A stretch of 64,000 nucleotides of DNA from Dudresnaya verticillata (taxonomy: Eukaryota), in assembly GCA_977862235.1 (NCBI GenBank), contig OZ374557.1, positions 3,906,001 to 3,970,000 on the forward strand, in the 5' to 3' direction. The translations under genes were made by a program, and so were the position numbers. Below, one piece after another: positions 1 to 10,479 of this stretch. The notes below the pieces were generated by a model that saw nothing but the letters and a program-made list of their open reading frames with translations, ran no database searches and was not told where the DNA came from. Every line of letters begins with the position of its first letter. Within the stretch, counting starts at the first letter, position 1.

Positions 1-2
1 AA

Positions 3-386
3 ACTGCCAAGATGACTACGCGTGACGTTCCTCCGTCAAACGACAAAGCTGCAATGGAAGACGGCAAGACATCACAGCCAAGCAAGGAGGTCACACCGCC
101 GAAGCGCCTATCGCTTTGGGAGGGCCCAGGGCCAGGGGCAGAGTTTGACTTGCTCTCTGATGCCAAAATGAACGGAGTGGACGAGCCGGACTCGCCACAA
201 GTGGAGATGAGTGCTCCCTCGCCTCGAAAGGGAGTGCGGTTCGGGGAACAGACGGACGACAGTGGTTGTGTGCAACCAGTGATGGAGCGACGCGGCTCGG
301 TACCGCGGGTGCCGACTCCACACCCTAGGGAATTTGCTGAACTGGTTATGCAGAACCAGGAGCCCGAATCAACTAATGGGCAGTGA
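3..386 (+). CDS. C-terminal part of an unknown, disordered protein (probably starts before the window)
   Basis: Frame is open from the window edge to TGA at 384-386. Product is Pro/Ser/acidic-rich with no recognisable domain. Confidence 0.45.
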   Translation, partial: TAKMTTRDVPPSNDKAAMEDGKTSQPSKEVTPPKRLSLWEGPGPGAEFDLLSDAKMNGVDEPDSPQVEMSAPSPRKGVRFGEQTDDSGCVQPVMERRGSVPRVPTPHPREFAELVMQNQEPESTNGQ

Positions 387-411
387 GAGTGAGACTGGCG
401 CTGCGGCTCTG

Positions 412-1120
412 CTACTTGTGGTATTTGGAGTTGGAGCGGATCTCAGTTGAACGGTATAGCTGCTCATACAAGAAGAGACGAACCTTTTCCGGACAGGTTC
501 GTAGTGTATTCGTATTTGTAACCAAGAAAACGTTTCGCATTTGTGCGTCGTGAATGTATATTGTAAAGTAGGATTGTTAGCTTCCAAGAGAGACTGAAGG
601 AGGACCATCTGCGCACAGCGCCGAAGAAGCAGATACTTACCATTTTATGAGTTAACGTCAACGGCCCAAGGCTCATTGTGGATACAGAGTGCCTCGTCTT
701 CACCATCCCACGGACCTCTTCTGGAAACCCCTCGGCACCGCCGATGACGAACGCCATCCGCGAGCCACCGTCCTCCAGCTTGCGGTACAAAAGTTCAGAA
801 AAATGGGAGCTATCCCTCGGCATAGGGCCAGTATTATCTAGCAGAACGACCTGTGCTCGGTCGGCGGCTTCTCGTACGGCATCCACGGCACGGTTCGGGT
901 GCACCCAGCGCGACGCAACGGTCATGACTGGAGACATGCGCTTCTCATACTCGGCTATGGAATCGTCAAACATGCCGCGCCTCCCCGTCCGCTTACATAG
1001 CGTCAGTACATCGACCTGTAGCTTTGCTTTCGGGCGCGGTCGCCTTGTGGCTAGCGCACGGTGCTTTGTGGCCGTGAGGCCTCGTGGGAGAATGGTCGGT
1101 GCGAGGAAGGTGAGCTTCAT
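412..1120 (-). CDS. rlmH: Organelle-targeted RlmH-like SPOUT rRNA methyltransferase; exons 1120-641 and 483-412
   Basis: FVIGGAEG and SLGPLTLTHKM motifs. Removing intron 640-484 (GTAAGT...GCTAAC...AAG) joins VRLFLYEQLYRSTEIRSNSKYHK*, which matches the RlmH C-terminal LEQxYR...YH signature. N-terminus looks like a transit peptide. Confidence 0.85.
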
Positions 1121-1487
1121 GGCTTGTCAGTAGCTGCGTCGTTGTTGATGTCGGTGAGGAAAACGTCAAGACGGCGCAAAAGGACACCACGCGATCCCTT
1201 TTTACGGAGCGGTAGCTTGTATCTTAGATCGGGTGTTTCTGCGCCAGTGCTGGGCGACCACCTACCTGTTCCGATGAAGAATTGGATGCCAAAACGTGGC
1301 TCCCAATTTTACGGAAAAGCAAGCTTCGATTGTGGCGGCAACATTGCGCGATCTCTCTCAAGCAGTCTATCAGCACGGTCGAGAGCCTCTGCATCATTGC
1401 CTGCGCAACCTGAATCATGCGCGCCCGGCCCTCCCGAGCCAGTCATCCACCTCCCCCCCGGTACTCCAAGGCACACGCGCAGACGTA

Positions 1488-2045
1488 ATGGAGACAGGCG
1501 GGCCCGTGCCTCCAGAATGGGCATTATCAGTGAGCGAGGTTCTCCTTGGCAGCGCTGAGATCCAGGCTCGAGTGACAGCATTGGGTGCGACTCTGGCGAA
1601 GGAATATGCCGCATTGAACCCGGTCCTGATCGTCGTGTTGAAGGGCTCTTTCATGTTTGCAGCAGACCTATCTCGCGCACTCCCATTCCCACATGAGATT
1701 GAGTTCATCCGTGCATCGAGCTACGCCGGGACAGAGAGCACAGGCAATGTGCGCGTGCGTGGGTTGAAGAATGTCGACCTTACTAAACGCCATGTTTTGA
1801 TCATCGAGGACATTGTCGATACTGGACTTACCCTCAAGGAGCTTTTCAAGGCTTTTCAGGGTATGGGAGCTGCTACTGTTAAATGCTGCTCGTTTTTGGA
1901 GAAGGAGACCGTGCGCAGGCAGGACGACGTTCCCAAGATTGATTACATCGCGTTCAGGATCCCGGACAAGTTTGTCATTGGCTACGGTCTCGACCTTGAC
2001 CAGAAATTTCGCCATCTGCCCTTTGTTGGAGTTTACAAGCAATGA
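1488..2045 (+). CDS. HPRT: Hypoxanthine(-guanine) phosphoribosyltransferase
   Basis: VLKGSFMF, SSY, PRPP-binding VLIIEDIVDTGLTL and FVIGYGLD motifs. First in-frame ATG is at 1488; the frame is open upstream to about 1296, so the start is uncertain. Confidence 0.93.
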   Translation: METGGPVPPEWALSVSEVLLGSAEIQARVTALGATLAKEYAALNPVLIVVLKGSFMFAADLSRALPFPHEIEFIRASSYAGTESTGNVRVRGLKNVDLTKRHVLIIEDIVDTGLTLKELFKAFQGMGAATVKCCSFLEKETVRRQDDVPKIDYIAFRIPDKFVIGYGLDLDQKFRHLPFVGVYKQ

Positions 2046-2287
2046 GCAAGGCCACGGGTGCGTCATGTTTTCATCGTCATTGCAGCCTCGCTCATTGCAG
2101 GCCTGGGTTGCGGGATCACAGAATAGCACACAAAGAGCCACCGAGCCGGGTCGTTTGTTTCGAGTTGTAAAGTTTAATGGTTCAACGGCGAAACCCATTG
2201 CCCAAACGTCGCCCCCCTGTCCATCCGACTACTCCAGTAAATCAATAACCTACTTACCCAAGTACTCGACTCAACATCCAACGCATC

Positions 2288-3292
2288 CTACTTTGCCGGG
2301 TTTACCGGATTCTGATGCAGCCGGGCCTGTCCAGTAGGGCCTGCCTGTTCTTTGCTGACATACTCTACAGATGCTCTTGGAGCAAAGAAGCCAAGGTTTC
2401 GAAGTTCTGGCTGCTCATCGCTCTCCATCTGCTGAATGATGTAAAGCAAGTTGCCTACAACGACAGAGGCAGCGTTGGGAAGGTCTTTGTTGGACTCCCG
2501 TAGCTTTGACCATGCCGCATCCAAATCCTCCTTGGTCAAAAAGAGAGGGACCACGTTTTCGGAGCCTTTCCTCAGCGTGAGGCCCTTGGCAACAAACACA
2601 GGCACACCCTCAACTGCCTGGCGAATGCGAAGCTTCCGCTGCAATCCCTCTGCTGCCTTAACTTGCTTCGAGTCTGGGAAGAAACGGAAGACCATGGTGA
2701 GCTCTTCGCCGCTAGAACCGCGAATACCAGACGGGGTGGGCTTTGCCTTGACCATCTCATAAGCCTTGTCCAGCCCCATGATGTAGACGCGCGCATCTGA
2801 CGCGCCTGGGTTCTTCTGCATGTCCTTTAGCATGTTGAGTGCGTCAAGATGCGAGAAAAAGATTAGGCCGATCTGGCTACCACTGCCGTCCATGTTTGCG
2901 AGATACGGCTGCCCGCTGGCGTTGGTGACCGCAAATACCGGAACCTGGCTGAGCTTCTCCGATACCGACTTCTTGGAAAACTTGGCCGCGGCTAGCGCGG
3001 GCTCAGCCACGGAGATGACGGGCGGCGGGGCGTCGGTGAGCGCGTGCCGCTTTGGCAGGAGCGACGGGACTGCGATGGCGGCGGCTACGGCGGCAGCAGA
3101 GAGGCCCGCGATACGGCCCGCTCGCGAGAGCCGAGCCGGCCAGCCTGCAGGCGGGTCGCCAGAGGTGTCGGCCATGCGCACGGCGGCGGAGCGACGCTGC
3201 GGGGTGGGGCATGTGCGCGCCGAGAGGGTCAGGTGCGCGGCGCCAAACCGCAGAGCGTTGGGCGGGCTGGTGAATGCTGGGGCGGAGACCAT
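2288..3292 (-). CDS. TIC22: Plastid protein-import component Tic22
   Basis: EKLSQVPVFAVTNASGQP, FRFFPDSKQVKAA, GVPVF and PLFLTKEDL match Tic22 motifs. N-terminal MVSAPAFTS... transit-peptide-like sequence. Confidence 0.88.
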   Translation of the reverse strand: MVSAPAFTSPPNALRFGAAHLTLSARTCPTPQRRSAAVRMADTSGDPPAGWPARLSRAGRIAGLSAAAVAAAIAVPSLLPKRHALTDAPPPVISVAEPALAAAKFSKKSVSEKLSQVPVFAVTNASGQPYLANMDGSGSQIGLIFFSHLDALNMLKDMQKNPGASDARVYIMGLDKAYEMVKAKPTPSGIRGSSGEELTMVFRFFPDSKQVKAAEGLQRKLRIRQAVEGVPVFVAKGLTLRKGSENVVPLFLTKEDLDAAWSKLRESNKDLPNAASVVVGNLLYIIQQMESDEQPELRNLGFFAPRASVEYVSKEQAGPTGQARLHQNPVNPAK

Positions 3293-3629
3293 CGCGGGAG
3301 GATCGGATGGGGGGGTGGCGCGCGCCGCGATGGGAGCTCCGGTTGGTGCGGGGATGAAGGCTGTCGGATGCAGCAGCGACGATGAGCTGGTGGGCAACGC
3401 AGAGCCGGGACGAGCCTCGCCGGGTTGACGCGTTCTCTCAGGCGCACGCAGAGAGCTGCTGTGAGAGGGTTTCTCGGCGACATTTGAGCTGCAGGATCGG
3501 CGCGGTTCAAATCGGCTCAATTTCGAAGCTCGCCATCTCGCCGCGATTTTCGTGATCCGATCCTCTTCCCGCCGTGCGGTGCTGTGGAACGACGACCCCC
3601 GCCGCCGTTCCCTCCGCCGAACGCCCGGC

Positions 3630-4493
3630 ATGCACACCCTGTCCGACTCTGAGCGCGCATACATTGAGGCGGGCGCTGCGCGCGGTGTGCGCGGCGATGG
3701 GCGCGGGATGCTGGACCTGCGACCGCTGACGCTGGAGACGGGCATGCTGCCGACGGCGTCGGGCTCTGCACGGGTTCGGATCGGCGGTGTGACAGACATT
3801 TTGGTGGGTGTGAAGGGCGAGGTGTCCGAGCCGTCCGTGGACACGCCCGACGAGGGCTTGTTGCAGTTCTCGGTGGAGGTGTCTTCGCTAGCTTCGCCAG
3901 AGTTTGCGCAGCGCGGCGCGAAGGACCTCAACGCGGAGCTCGGGCAGCTGCTGACGCGGCTGTACGCGTCGGACGGGTGCGGCGCACTACGGCGTGCCCT
4001 GTGCGTCATCCCCGGCAAGAAGTGCTGGGTGTTGCACGTGGACGCGCTCGTACTAGATGGCGGTGGTAGCCTGTTCAGCGCGCTTTCCGTCGCGGTGCGC
4101 GCCGCGTTGCGCGGGGTTGTTTTGCCGCACGTTGTGGTGGTCGAGGGCGAGGCAGATGAAGAGGACTCGATTGAAGTGGATGAGAGCGTTTTTGAGGGCT
4201 TGAAGGCGGCAGTGGATGCTCCCGTGGCAGTTACGGTTTCTGCGGTGGCCAGGGGCGTGTATTGGGTGGATGCTAGCGAGGAGGAGGAGGGATGTGCAAG
4301 GGCGGCTGTTACAGTCGGAGTTGGGCGGAGTGGCGGGGTCCGCGGGTGCATTTTTGGTGGGCGTGGCGGGATTGACGGGGATACGCTGGGTGGGATGATT
4401 CGGGACGCTGTTAAGGTTGGGAGGAATGTCGTGCAAGCGTGCGACCAGTTCCTCGAGGAGGGTGCTGGGGAGGGCGGGGAGTTGTTTGTGTAG
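3630..4493 (+). CDS. RRP42: Exosome core RNase PH-like subunit, RRP42 type
   Basis: LSDSERAYI..GVRGDGR, GSARVRIGGVTDILVGVKGE, LCVIPGKKCWVLHVD, GGSLFSALS motifs. Confidence 0.85.
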   Translation: MHTLSDSERAYIEAGAARGVRGDGRGMLDLRPLTLETGMLPTASGSARVRIGGVTDILVGVKGEVSEPSVDTPDEGLLQFSVEVSSLASPEFAQRGAKDLNAELGQLLTRLYASDGCGALRRALCVIPGKKCWVLHVDALVLDGGGSLFSALSVAVRAALRGVVLPHVVVVEGEADEEDSIEVDESVFEGLKAAVDAPVAVTVSAVARGVYWVDASEEEEGCARAAVTVGVGRSGGVRGCIFGGRGGIDGDTLGGMIRDAVKVGRNVVQACDQFLEEGAGEGGELFV

Positions 4494-4779
4494 CTTGTTG
4501 GTACTTACGCGCTCGGCGTGGTTGTATTTCTGTTTGTATAAAGCCTGTACTTTCATGGGCGACCTGCACAGGGGCGCGTGAAGCGTATGGTAAGCCGGTA
4601 CAGAGTATTGAGGAAGACGGCAGTCTCCCGGCGGCGACCGCGAGGGAGAGTTTGGGGCGCGTCGGCTGTCCTAAGCATTGCAAGCGCAGGCGGGCGCGGG
4701 CGGGCGGGGAACGGCGGCACCGTTTTCGCGTGATGCACGCCCGGTGCATGGCATGCACGACCTTTTCCGTGCAGCGCAT

Positions 4780-4825
4780 GGCGGGAATGATTCGCGCCAA
4801 AAGCGTGCACCGAAACGGCGGGAAA
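4780..4825. promoter_or_regulatory. E2F-type sites upstream of PCNA
   Basis: GCGCCAAA (4794-4801) and GCGGGAAA (4818-4825) are reverse complements of TTTSSCGC. An extra GGCGGGAA lies at 4780. All are about 200 bp upstream of the PCNA ATG. Confidence 0.6.
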
Positions 4826-5018
4826 TCCAAGTACCGCGCGTCTTTTACTCCCCTTCGCAGTATAACTACCGCACGCCCTGCCCCATCGACCGCTTCATGC
4901 CCTCTGCCTCCCTCCTCCCACCCCACCGCCCCTCAACCGCACCGCACCACACCACTCCCTCCCCCTACACTCTTCCACCCCTCCCCCGCCCGCATCACCC
5001 CCTTACAACCCTACCACA

Positions 5019-5941
5019 ATGTTCGAAGCCCGCCTCGCCCAGAGCTCCACGCTCAAGAAGATCCTTGATGCGCTCCGCGACATCATCGACCAGACCAACT
5101 TCGACTGCTCTGCTGATGGCGTCAGTCTCCAGGTAAGCCCTCCCGCCTCGTTCTCCACTTGCCCCGCCCCACATATCCCGTCCCTTGCCCCACATCACCT
5201 CGCTAACCGCACCTCTTTCTCCCATAGGCAATGGATCAGTCGCATGTCTGCTTGGCCACCATGACCCTCCGCTCCCAGGCCTTCGAGATGTACCGCTGTG
5301 ACAAGCCACTCTCCATGGGCATCAACCTGTCCTCCTTCTCCAAGATCCTCAAGTGCGCTGGCAACGACGACTCCGTCAAGATCGTCGCCGACGACGAGGG
5401 TGCCGACAATGCCGAGTTCATCTTCGAGAATACCGCCGCTGACCGTGTCGCCCACTTTGAGCTCAAGCTTATGGATATCGACTCGGAGCACCTTTCCGTC
5501 CCGGAGGACGGCGACTACCAGGCTATTGTTAACTTGCCCTCACAGGAGTACCGCCGCATCTTCAATGACCTGTCTGTCATTGGAGATACGATCTCTATTG
5601 AAGTTTCCAAGACCTCGGCTTGCTTCTCCGTTGAGGGCGATATTGGAAATGGTAGTCTTAACATCCAGCAGTCTGACTCTGCTGATGAGAAGAGGCCCGT
5701 CACGATCAACGTCAAGGAACCGGTCAAGATGACCTTCCCAGGTCGGTTCCTCAACATGTTTACCAAAGCTGTCCCAGTGGCGGAAAGCGTCACACTGTGT
5801 TTGCAGGACGGCAGCCCGCTCGCTATTGAGTTCTCGCTCCCCGATGAGTTTGGATTCGTGAGGTACTTCCTTGCGCCCAAGATTGACCAAGATGATGAAG
5901 AAGAGGGAGAGGGTGACGCCGACGCAGATGAGGAGGAATAA
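5019..5941 (+). CDS. PCNA: Proliferating cell nuclear antigen; exons 5019-5132 and 5228-5941
   Basis: MFEARL...LQ|AMDQSHVCL...ELKLMDIDSEHL...RYFLAPKID. 95-nt intron GTAAGC...GCTAAC...TAG. Confidence 0.98.
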
Positions 5942-6260
5942 GCTTTCTCTCCTCCTATGTACCCATTTTGTTACTCTTTGTCGCGTAGCTTCGAGCCGCC
6001 CGCGTAGCTCGTATGTATAGTCAACGTCTATGTGCCTAGCAAGAGCAACAATATGCATGCTTTCGTAGATGTAAACGCGCTTCTTCGTGCGACTCTTGCA
6101 CTCTTTTCCCTCAGCTCAGCTGCTTCCGTTAGCCAAGCAATGGCCGGGCGATAGAGCCAGGAAAGAGTGTCATCAATGAAAACAGCATCCACTATAGTTT
6201 TGCTTTTGTTCGCTCCGTCCTCACATTGCGCTCAAGTCAGGAAATCCTGTCCAGTCACAG

Positions 6261-6794
6261 TCACGGCCCTGCTTCTGCCTCTTGACGCCGCCGTTTCCGG
6301 TCCTCCTTCCGCTGCTTAACACGCCCTTCAACAGTCATTTCCCCCATATTCTCGCGCGCCCTCTTTCTATCCCGTTCCTCGACAGCCTTCCGAAAAGCCT
6401 CCTTCACCTCTTCCACAGTCGACCGACGCACCCTCAGGGAAACACCCAGCATCTTTTGGTGCGCACGGCTGTTCATATGCGCCAGATACCTGTGCGAGTC
6501 TTTCATTGTCACGTTGCACACCTTACATATAAAACCGCCGGCCTGCGCAGAGCCCACCACCTCGGAAGTCCCGACTTTCGCCTCAAAGTCAACCGCAGTA
6601 GTTCTCTTTTGCAACCATGCGCGAGTCGGCGCAAACGGGTCATCGTCCACATGCCGTTGCTGACCTTCGGCTCGAGCATGCTTTTTTCTTCCAGACTTTT
6701 CCTCTTCTTCAGCACGCGCACGCTCCTCGGCTCTCTTCTTGAATTCCTCTTTATCCCAAGTGCGCCGCGCAACATCGCGGCCCTGTGAAGCCAT
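6261..6794 (-). CDS. ZMAT2: Matrin-type zinc-finger spliceosomal protein Snu23/ZMAT2
   Basis: RRTWDKEEF N-terminus and GGFICKVCNVTMKDSHRYLAHMNSRAHQ zinc finger, followed by RSTVEEVK. Confidence 0.88.
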   Translation of the reverse strand: MASQGRDVARRTWDKEEFKKRAEERARAEEEEKSGRKKHARAEGQQRHVDDDPFAPTRAWLQKRTTAVDFEAKVGTSEVVGSAQAGGFICKVCNVTMKDSHRYLAHMNSRAHQKMLGVSLRVRRSTVEEVKEAFRKAVEERDRKRARENMGEMTVEGRVKQRKEDRKRRRQEAEAGP

Positions 6795-7109
6795 TCCTAA
6801 GAGAGCACGAATGTTAGTCAAGCCTCGTGGCTTACCGCGGCTCAGAACGCTCGAACTATGCGGAGAAGGGCTTTGTGAACAGTTTGTTTGGGGTTTTGCT
6901 CCAGTGACGTCTGAATTGCAGGTGGTGGCTTTAAAAACAAGAAAAGCAAAAAACTCCCGCCAGTAAGAAAAGCCGGCCAGCTCAAATTGCCCTGATGCCG
7001 AAGCCCGAAAACCTCATTGCGCGGACAAGATTCACCCGGCATCAGCAGAAGGGAACCCGCTACTTTCAACACCGGCAGTTGCTGTGTTTCCTTTGTTGTC
7101 GCGGTAAGC

Positions 7110-8636
7110 ATGGCTTCCCTTGCTGAGCAGTTTTTGGACGACGTCGATTCTTCGGAGAATGAAGACGAGGAGCGGGTCGACGAAGAGGCGGCATTCAAAG
7201 AGACTGGAGAGCATAGTGCTGAGAAAGATGACCACATGGTCGTTGATACCGGGACTGAAATTGAGAATCGTAGCGCCGTGGCTTCAAAGGTTGCGGATAT
7301 TCTCCGCCGCATTGGAAAACTTAAGTCAAGCGGCTCCGCAGGAGAAACGGTCTCCTCAGATGGCAGCCCAGACCGCACGGAGTACGACCTCGTTGTCGAG
7401 TGTACGCAGACCATTGCGGACGTTGACGAAGAAATCCAGTCCCTTCATCACCAGCTCCGAGAATCGTATGCGCCAAACTTTCCAGAGTTGGAAACCTTGA
7501 TATTTAATCCGCTCGACTACGCACGGGTTGCAAAGCTTGCTGCCAATGAGGATGACCTAACCAAAGTTGACCTTCGCAAAATACTTCCTTCTGGAATCGT
7601 TATCACGGTTCAGGTTACAGCATCATCTTCTGCAGGACGCAAACTGAACGAGAGCGAACTGAAAAAGGTCCATCAACTCTGCGATGGTCTTACTTCTCTT
7701 GATGACTCCAAGTCGCAGATTTTGGAGCATGTCGTGAGCCGGGCAGGATACATGGCTCCTAACTTGGTGGAGATAGTTGGAGGGGCTGTCGCAGCAAAAC
7801 TTATGGGTATTGCTGGTGGCCTTTATGAACTGGCGCAGATGCCTAGTTGCAATGTCAAAGTGTTAGGGAAGGGGAAGAAGTCTTTGCAAGGTTCTTCAAC
7901 AGCGACGACACGCTTGCACGAAGGCGTTATTTACACATGTCCGCTGGTAATGAATCTGCCGAAGCAGTACAGAACTAAGGCTGGGGATGTTGTTACTGGA
8001 AAGGCCAGCTTGGCCGCCAGGGTAGATTCATGTCGCGAGAAAAGAGATGGCAGTATGGGGAGAAAGCTTCGCGAGCAACTTGAAGCAAAGTTTCAAAAAT
8101 GGCAGGAACCTCCACCTGCCAAGACTGCGAAGCCATTGCCTATACCCGGCGATGAAGCAAAGCGAAAACACCGTGGAGGCAAGAGAGCAAGGCGTGAGAA
8201 GGAGCGCCTCGGGCTCACAGAAGTGCGCCGCCTTGCAAATCGAGTGAAGTTTGGTGAGCAGGAAGAGGTTCGAGGCAACGATGTGGAAAACGAGGGCTTT
8301 GGAATGTTAGGTGCCGAAGGCTCGCAACGGCTCCGAGTACAAGTGAAGAAAACTGATACAGTTTCTGTCGCTGCAAAGCGGAGATTAGCCAAGGAAAAGA
8401 AACGCGAGCGCATCAGCGATGCAGCAGCTCTTGGTCTATCTGGAGGAACCAACCTCGCGCTTTCGGAAGCTGACGGCATCCAGCTCGGTGCAATAGCTCC
8501 TGCCCCTGGAGGTGTTGGACTGGGCGCTATGGACCCTAAGAAGGACGAGAAAGAATCTACCTACTTTTCGTCGTCAACCCCTTTCCTCGGAGTATCAAAA
8601 ACCCACCGTGAAATCAAAAAGTCAGATAAAGTATAG
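7110..8636 (+). CDS. PRP31: U4/U6 snRNP protein Prp31
   Basis: MASLAEQFLDD start, Nop domain (FPELETL, APNL, MPSCNVKVLG, LAARVD), and KPLPIP..KHRGGKRARREKER..TEVRRLANRVKFG. Confidence 0.95.
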   Translation: MASLAEQFLDDVDSSENEDEERVDEEAAFKETGEHSAEKDDHMVVDTGTEIENRSAVASKVADILRRIGKLKSSGSAGETVSSDGSPDRTEYDLVVECTQTIADVDEEIQSLHHQLRESYAPNFPELETLIFNPLDYARVAKLAANEDDLTKVDLRKILPSGIVITVQVTASSSAGRKLNESELKKVHQLCDGLTSLDDSKSQILEHVVSRAGYMAPNLVEIVGGAVAAKLMGIAGGLYELAQMPSCNVKVLGKGKKSLQGSSTATTRLHEGVIYTCPLVMNLPKQYRTKAGDVVTGKASLAARVDSCREKRDGSMGRKLREQLEAKFQKWQEPPPAKTAKPLPIPGDEAKRKHRGGKRARREKERLGLTEVRRLANRVKFGEQEEVRGNDVENEGFGMLGAEGSQRLRVQVKKTDTVSVAAKRRLAKEKKRERISDAAALGLSGGTNLALSEADGIQLGAIAPAPGGVGLGAMDPKKDEKESTYFSSSTPFLGVSKTHREIKKSDKV

Positions 8637-8860
8637 CAGCCCTGAGCAATCTTCTGTACAGGTACTCTCCGGCGGCTGCGTCGATGGCATTGTGCCCCAC
8701 TGCACTGTCGTTCGATGCAAATCGTAGGAACCCGCGACGCAAGGAAGAGAAGCATGGCAGTCACTCATGTTTCAGCGTTTAGTTATGTCCAATCCTGACC
8801 AATTGCCTAGCACCGTTTCCCATGCAAGTCATCATCCAGGAACGGTATGTTTGTGCAATA

Positions 8861-9397
8861 CTAGATTCCCCCAACCTTCATCCCTTTTTCTTGCTCTTCA
8901 CTAGATAATGCGGATAGCTTCCCTAAACGCATCATTTCGACCGCAGGAGCAGGGGGTAAGTGTCGTCCAAGGGGTTGGTTGGGCTCCCAGCCTGCCGGTG
9001 CAGACAGCGAGGCACTTATTTTGGCACCATAGCTGATGACTTCATCCACATCAACGGGTCGCTTGTTTGCCCGTTTCAACGCGGCTAACCGTGGTCGGGC
9101 TTCGTCAAGGGCGTTTTGGAGCACCGACTCTGCAGCACGCAGGTTCGCTCCGAGGTGGGCGATTTTCGCGTCCTCTGCGGCATTCGCCTTGCGCAACTCC
9201 TCTATGATGCCGTTCAGTCGCTGGTGCTCAATGACTGCGCGGCAGTTGTCCATTCGAGAAACAAAGTCAGTACGACGTCATACCAGAAATCGCTTCGCCG
9301 GATTGCGATGAAGCCAGAACAAACCTTCGTCCACAAGTTTGCGCAATAACCTCTGATGCGCAACAAGCTTCTCCATTATCTGCACGGGCTCTGGCAT
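8861..9397 (-). CDS. MED4: Mediator subunit 4; exons 9397-9325 and 9234-8861
   Basis: Coiled coil followed by VDVDEVISYGAKIS..SAPAGW..PAP..MMRLGKL (Med4 pattern). A 90-nt intron (GTTTGT...ACTGAC...CAG) gives a continuous 148-aa frame. Confidence 0.8.
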
Positions 9398-10185
9398 CGT
9401 ATCCGGCGCGCCCGGTGCACGGTCAGCCTCCTTACTCGAGGGTCTATCGCATGGTGACGTAGGCAGCAACGAGGAGCAAGAAGTGGCAGCGGAGCGTTAG
9501 GTACTCATGTTCACCCGACACAAAGCGAGCGCTGCATTTGCCGCAAACTGTACACAACCTACCGTCCATTCAATAGTCTCCCATGAGCCTCGAACAAACT
9601 CTTCACCAGAGTTTGACACTCCCTTAGCTCATCGCGAGCTCTTTCACGAACGGGGCCAGCGGATGAACTAGCCATTCCAACGCGCTAGCGCAATCGTGTG
9701 CAAACGAAAGGGTGCAGACAGCGAGGTAGGTAACCGATAACTGTTGATGCAGCCAATATAACTGTGGCAAAAGGAAGTCTGGAGATGCTGTTATGGGAAA
9801 AAGCCTAACGCTATTAAGGCCGTGTCTTCCAGAGCCGTGGCTTCCAACCACATAGGCGGGGGCGGGCGCGTTTGACAGCCGCATCCGCGTGGGAAATGCG
9901 GCTGTCCCACTTGTTCGCGCCACCTCTCTGAGAGCCAGCTTCTGGAGAGATTCGAAAAACATGCCAAATTTGGCACAAAATGTGTTTCTCAGCCTTCCCT
10001 CGCTCCCATTGTGATCGCGCCTTGCGCCTCTGAAGTGCTGGTGCAGGCCACCGAGTGCTTGCCCGTGCCCGCTCTGTCGCTGCTTGTGCAAGAGCTTCTG
10101 CTCTTCGGCGATCGGTTCTTCTCACAACCCTCGTTTCACTCGAGGAGCAAAGCTTCGCTGTTCCGGTCAAAAAGCCCAGGCCAAG

Positions 10186-10479
10186 ATGGGCAAGGTTGCC
10201 ATGGATATGGCGCGGCGGAAGATGTTTGCGCAGGCGGAGCCGGTGCGGACCGTTTTGAAGTCAATAGTGATGACCTCACGTCTACCTGCGACTGTGCGCC
10301 AAGCGGCCCAGCAGCGGCTAGCAGAAATGTCTCCAAACACGGCTGCCACCCGGATCCGCATGCGATGTGTGCTCACTGGACGCCCGAGAGCCGTTGATAC
10401 GCGTACTGGACTCTCGCGAATCGCCTTCCGAGAGCTTGCCAGTAATGGGAAGCTTCCGGGGATCTGGAAAGCCCGCTAG
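10186..10479 (+). CDS. rps14: Nuclear-encoded bacterial-type ribosomal protein S14, probably mitochondrial
   Basis: TRIRMRCVLTGRPRAV..GLSRIAFRELASNGKLPGI matches the uS14 signature. Confidence 0.85.
   Translation: MGKVAMDMARRKMFAQAEPVRTVLKSIVMTSRLPATVRQAAQQRLAEMSPNTAATRIRMRCVLTGRPRAVDTRTGLSRIAFRELASNGKLPGIWKAR

Noticed and set aside
3293..4351. Upstream extension of the 687-aa minus ORF
   Set aside because: It is the antisense shadow of RRP42; only 3292-2288 resembles Tic22.
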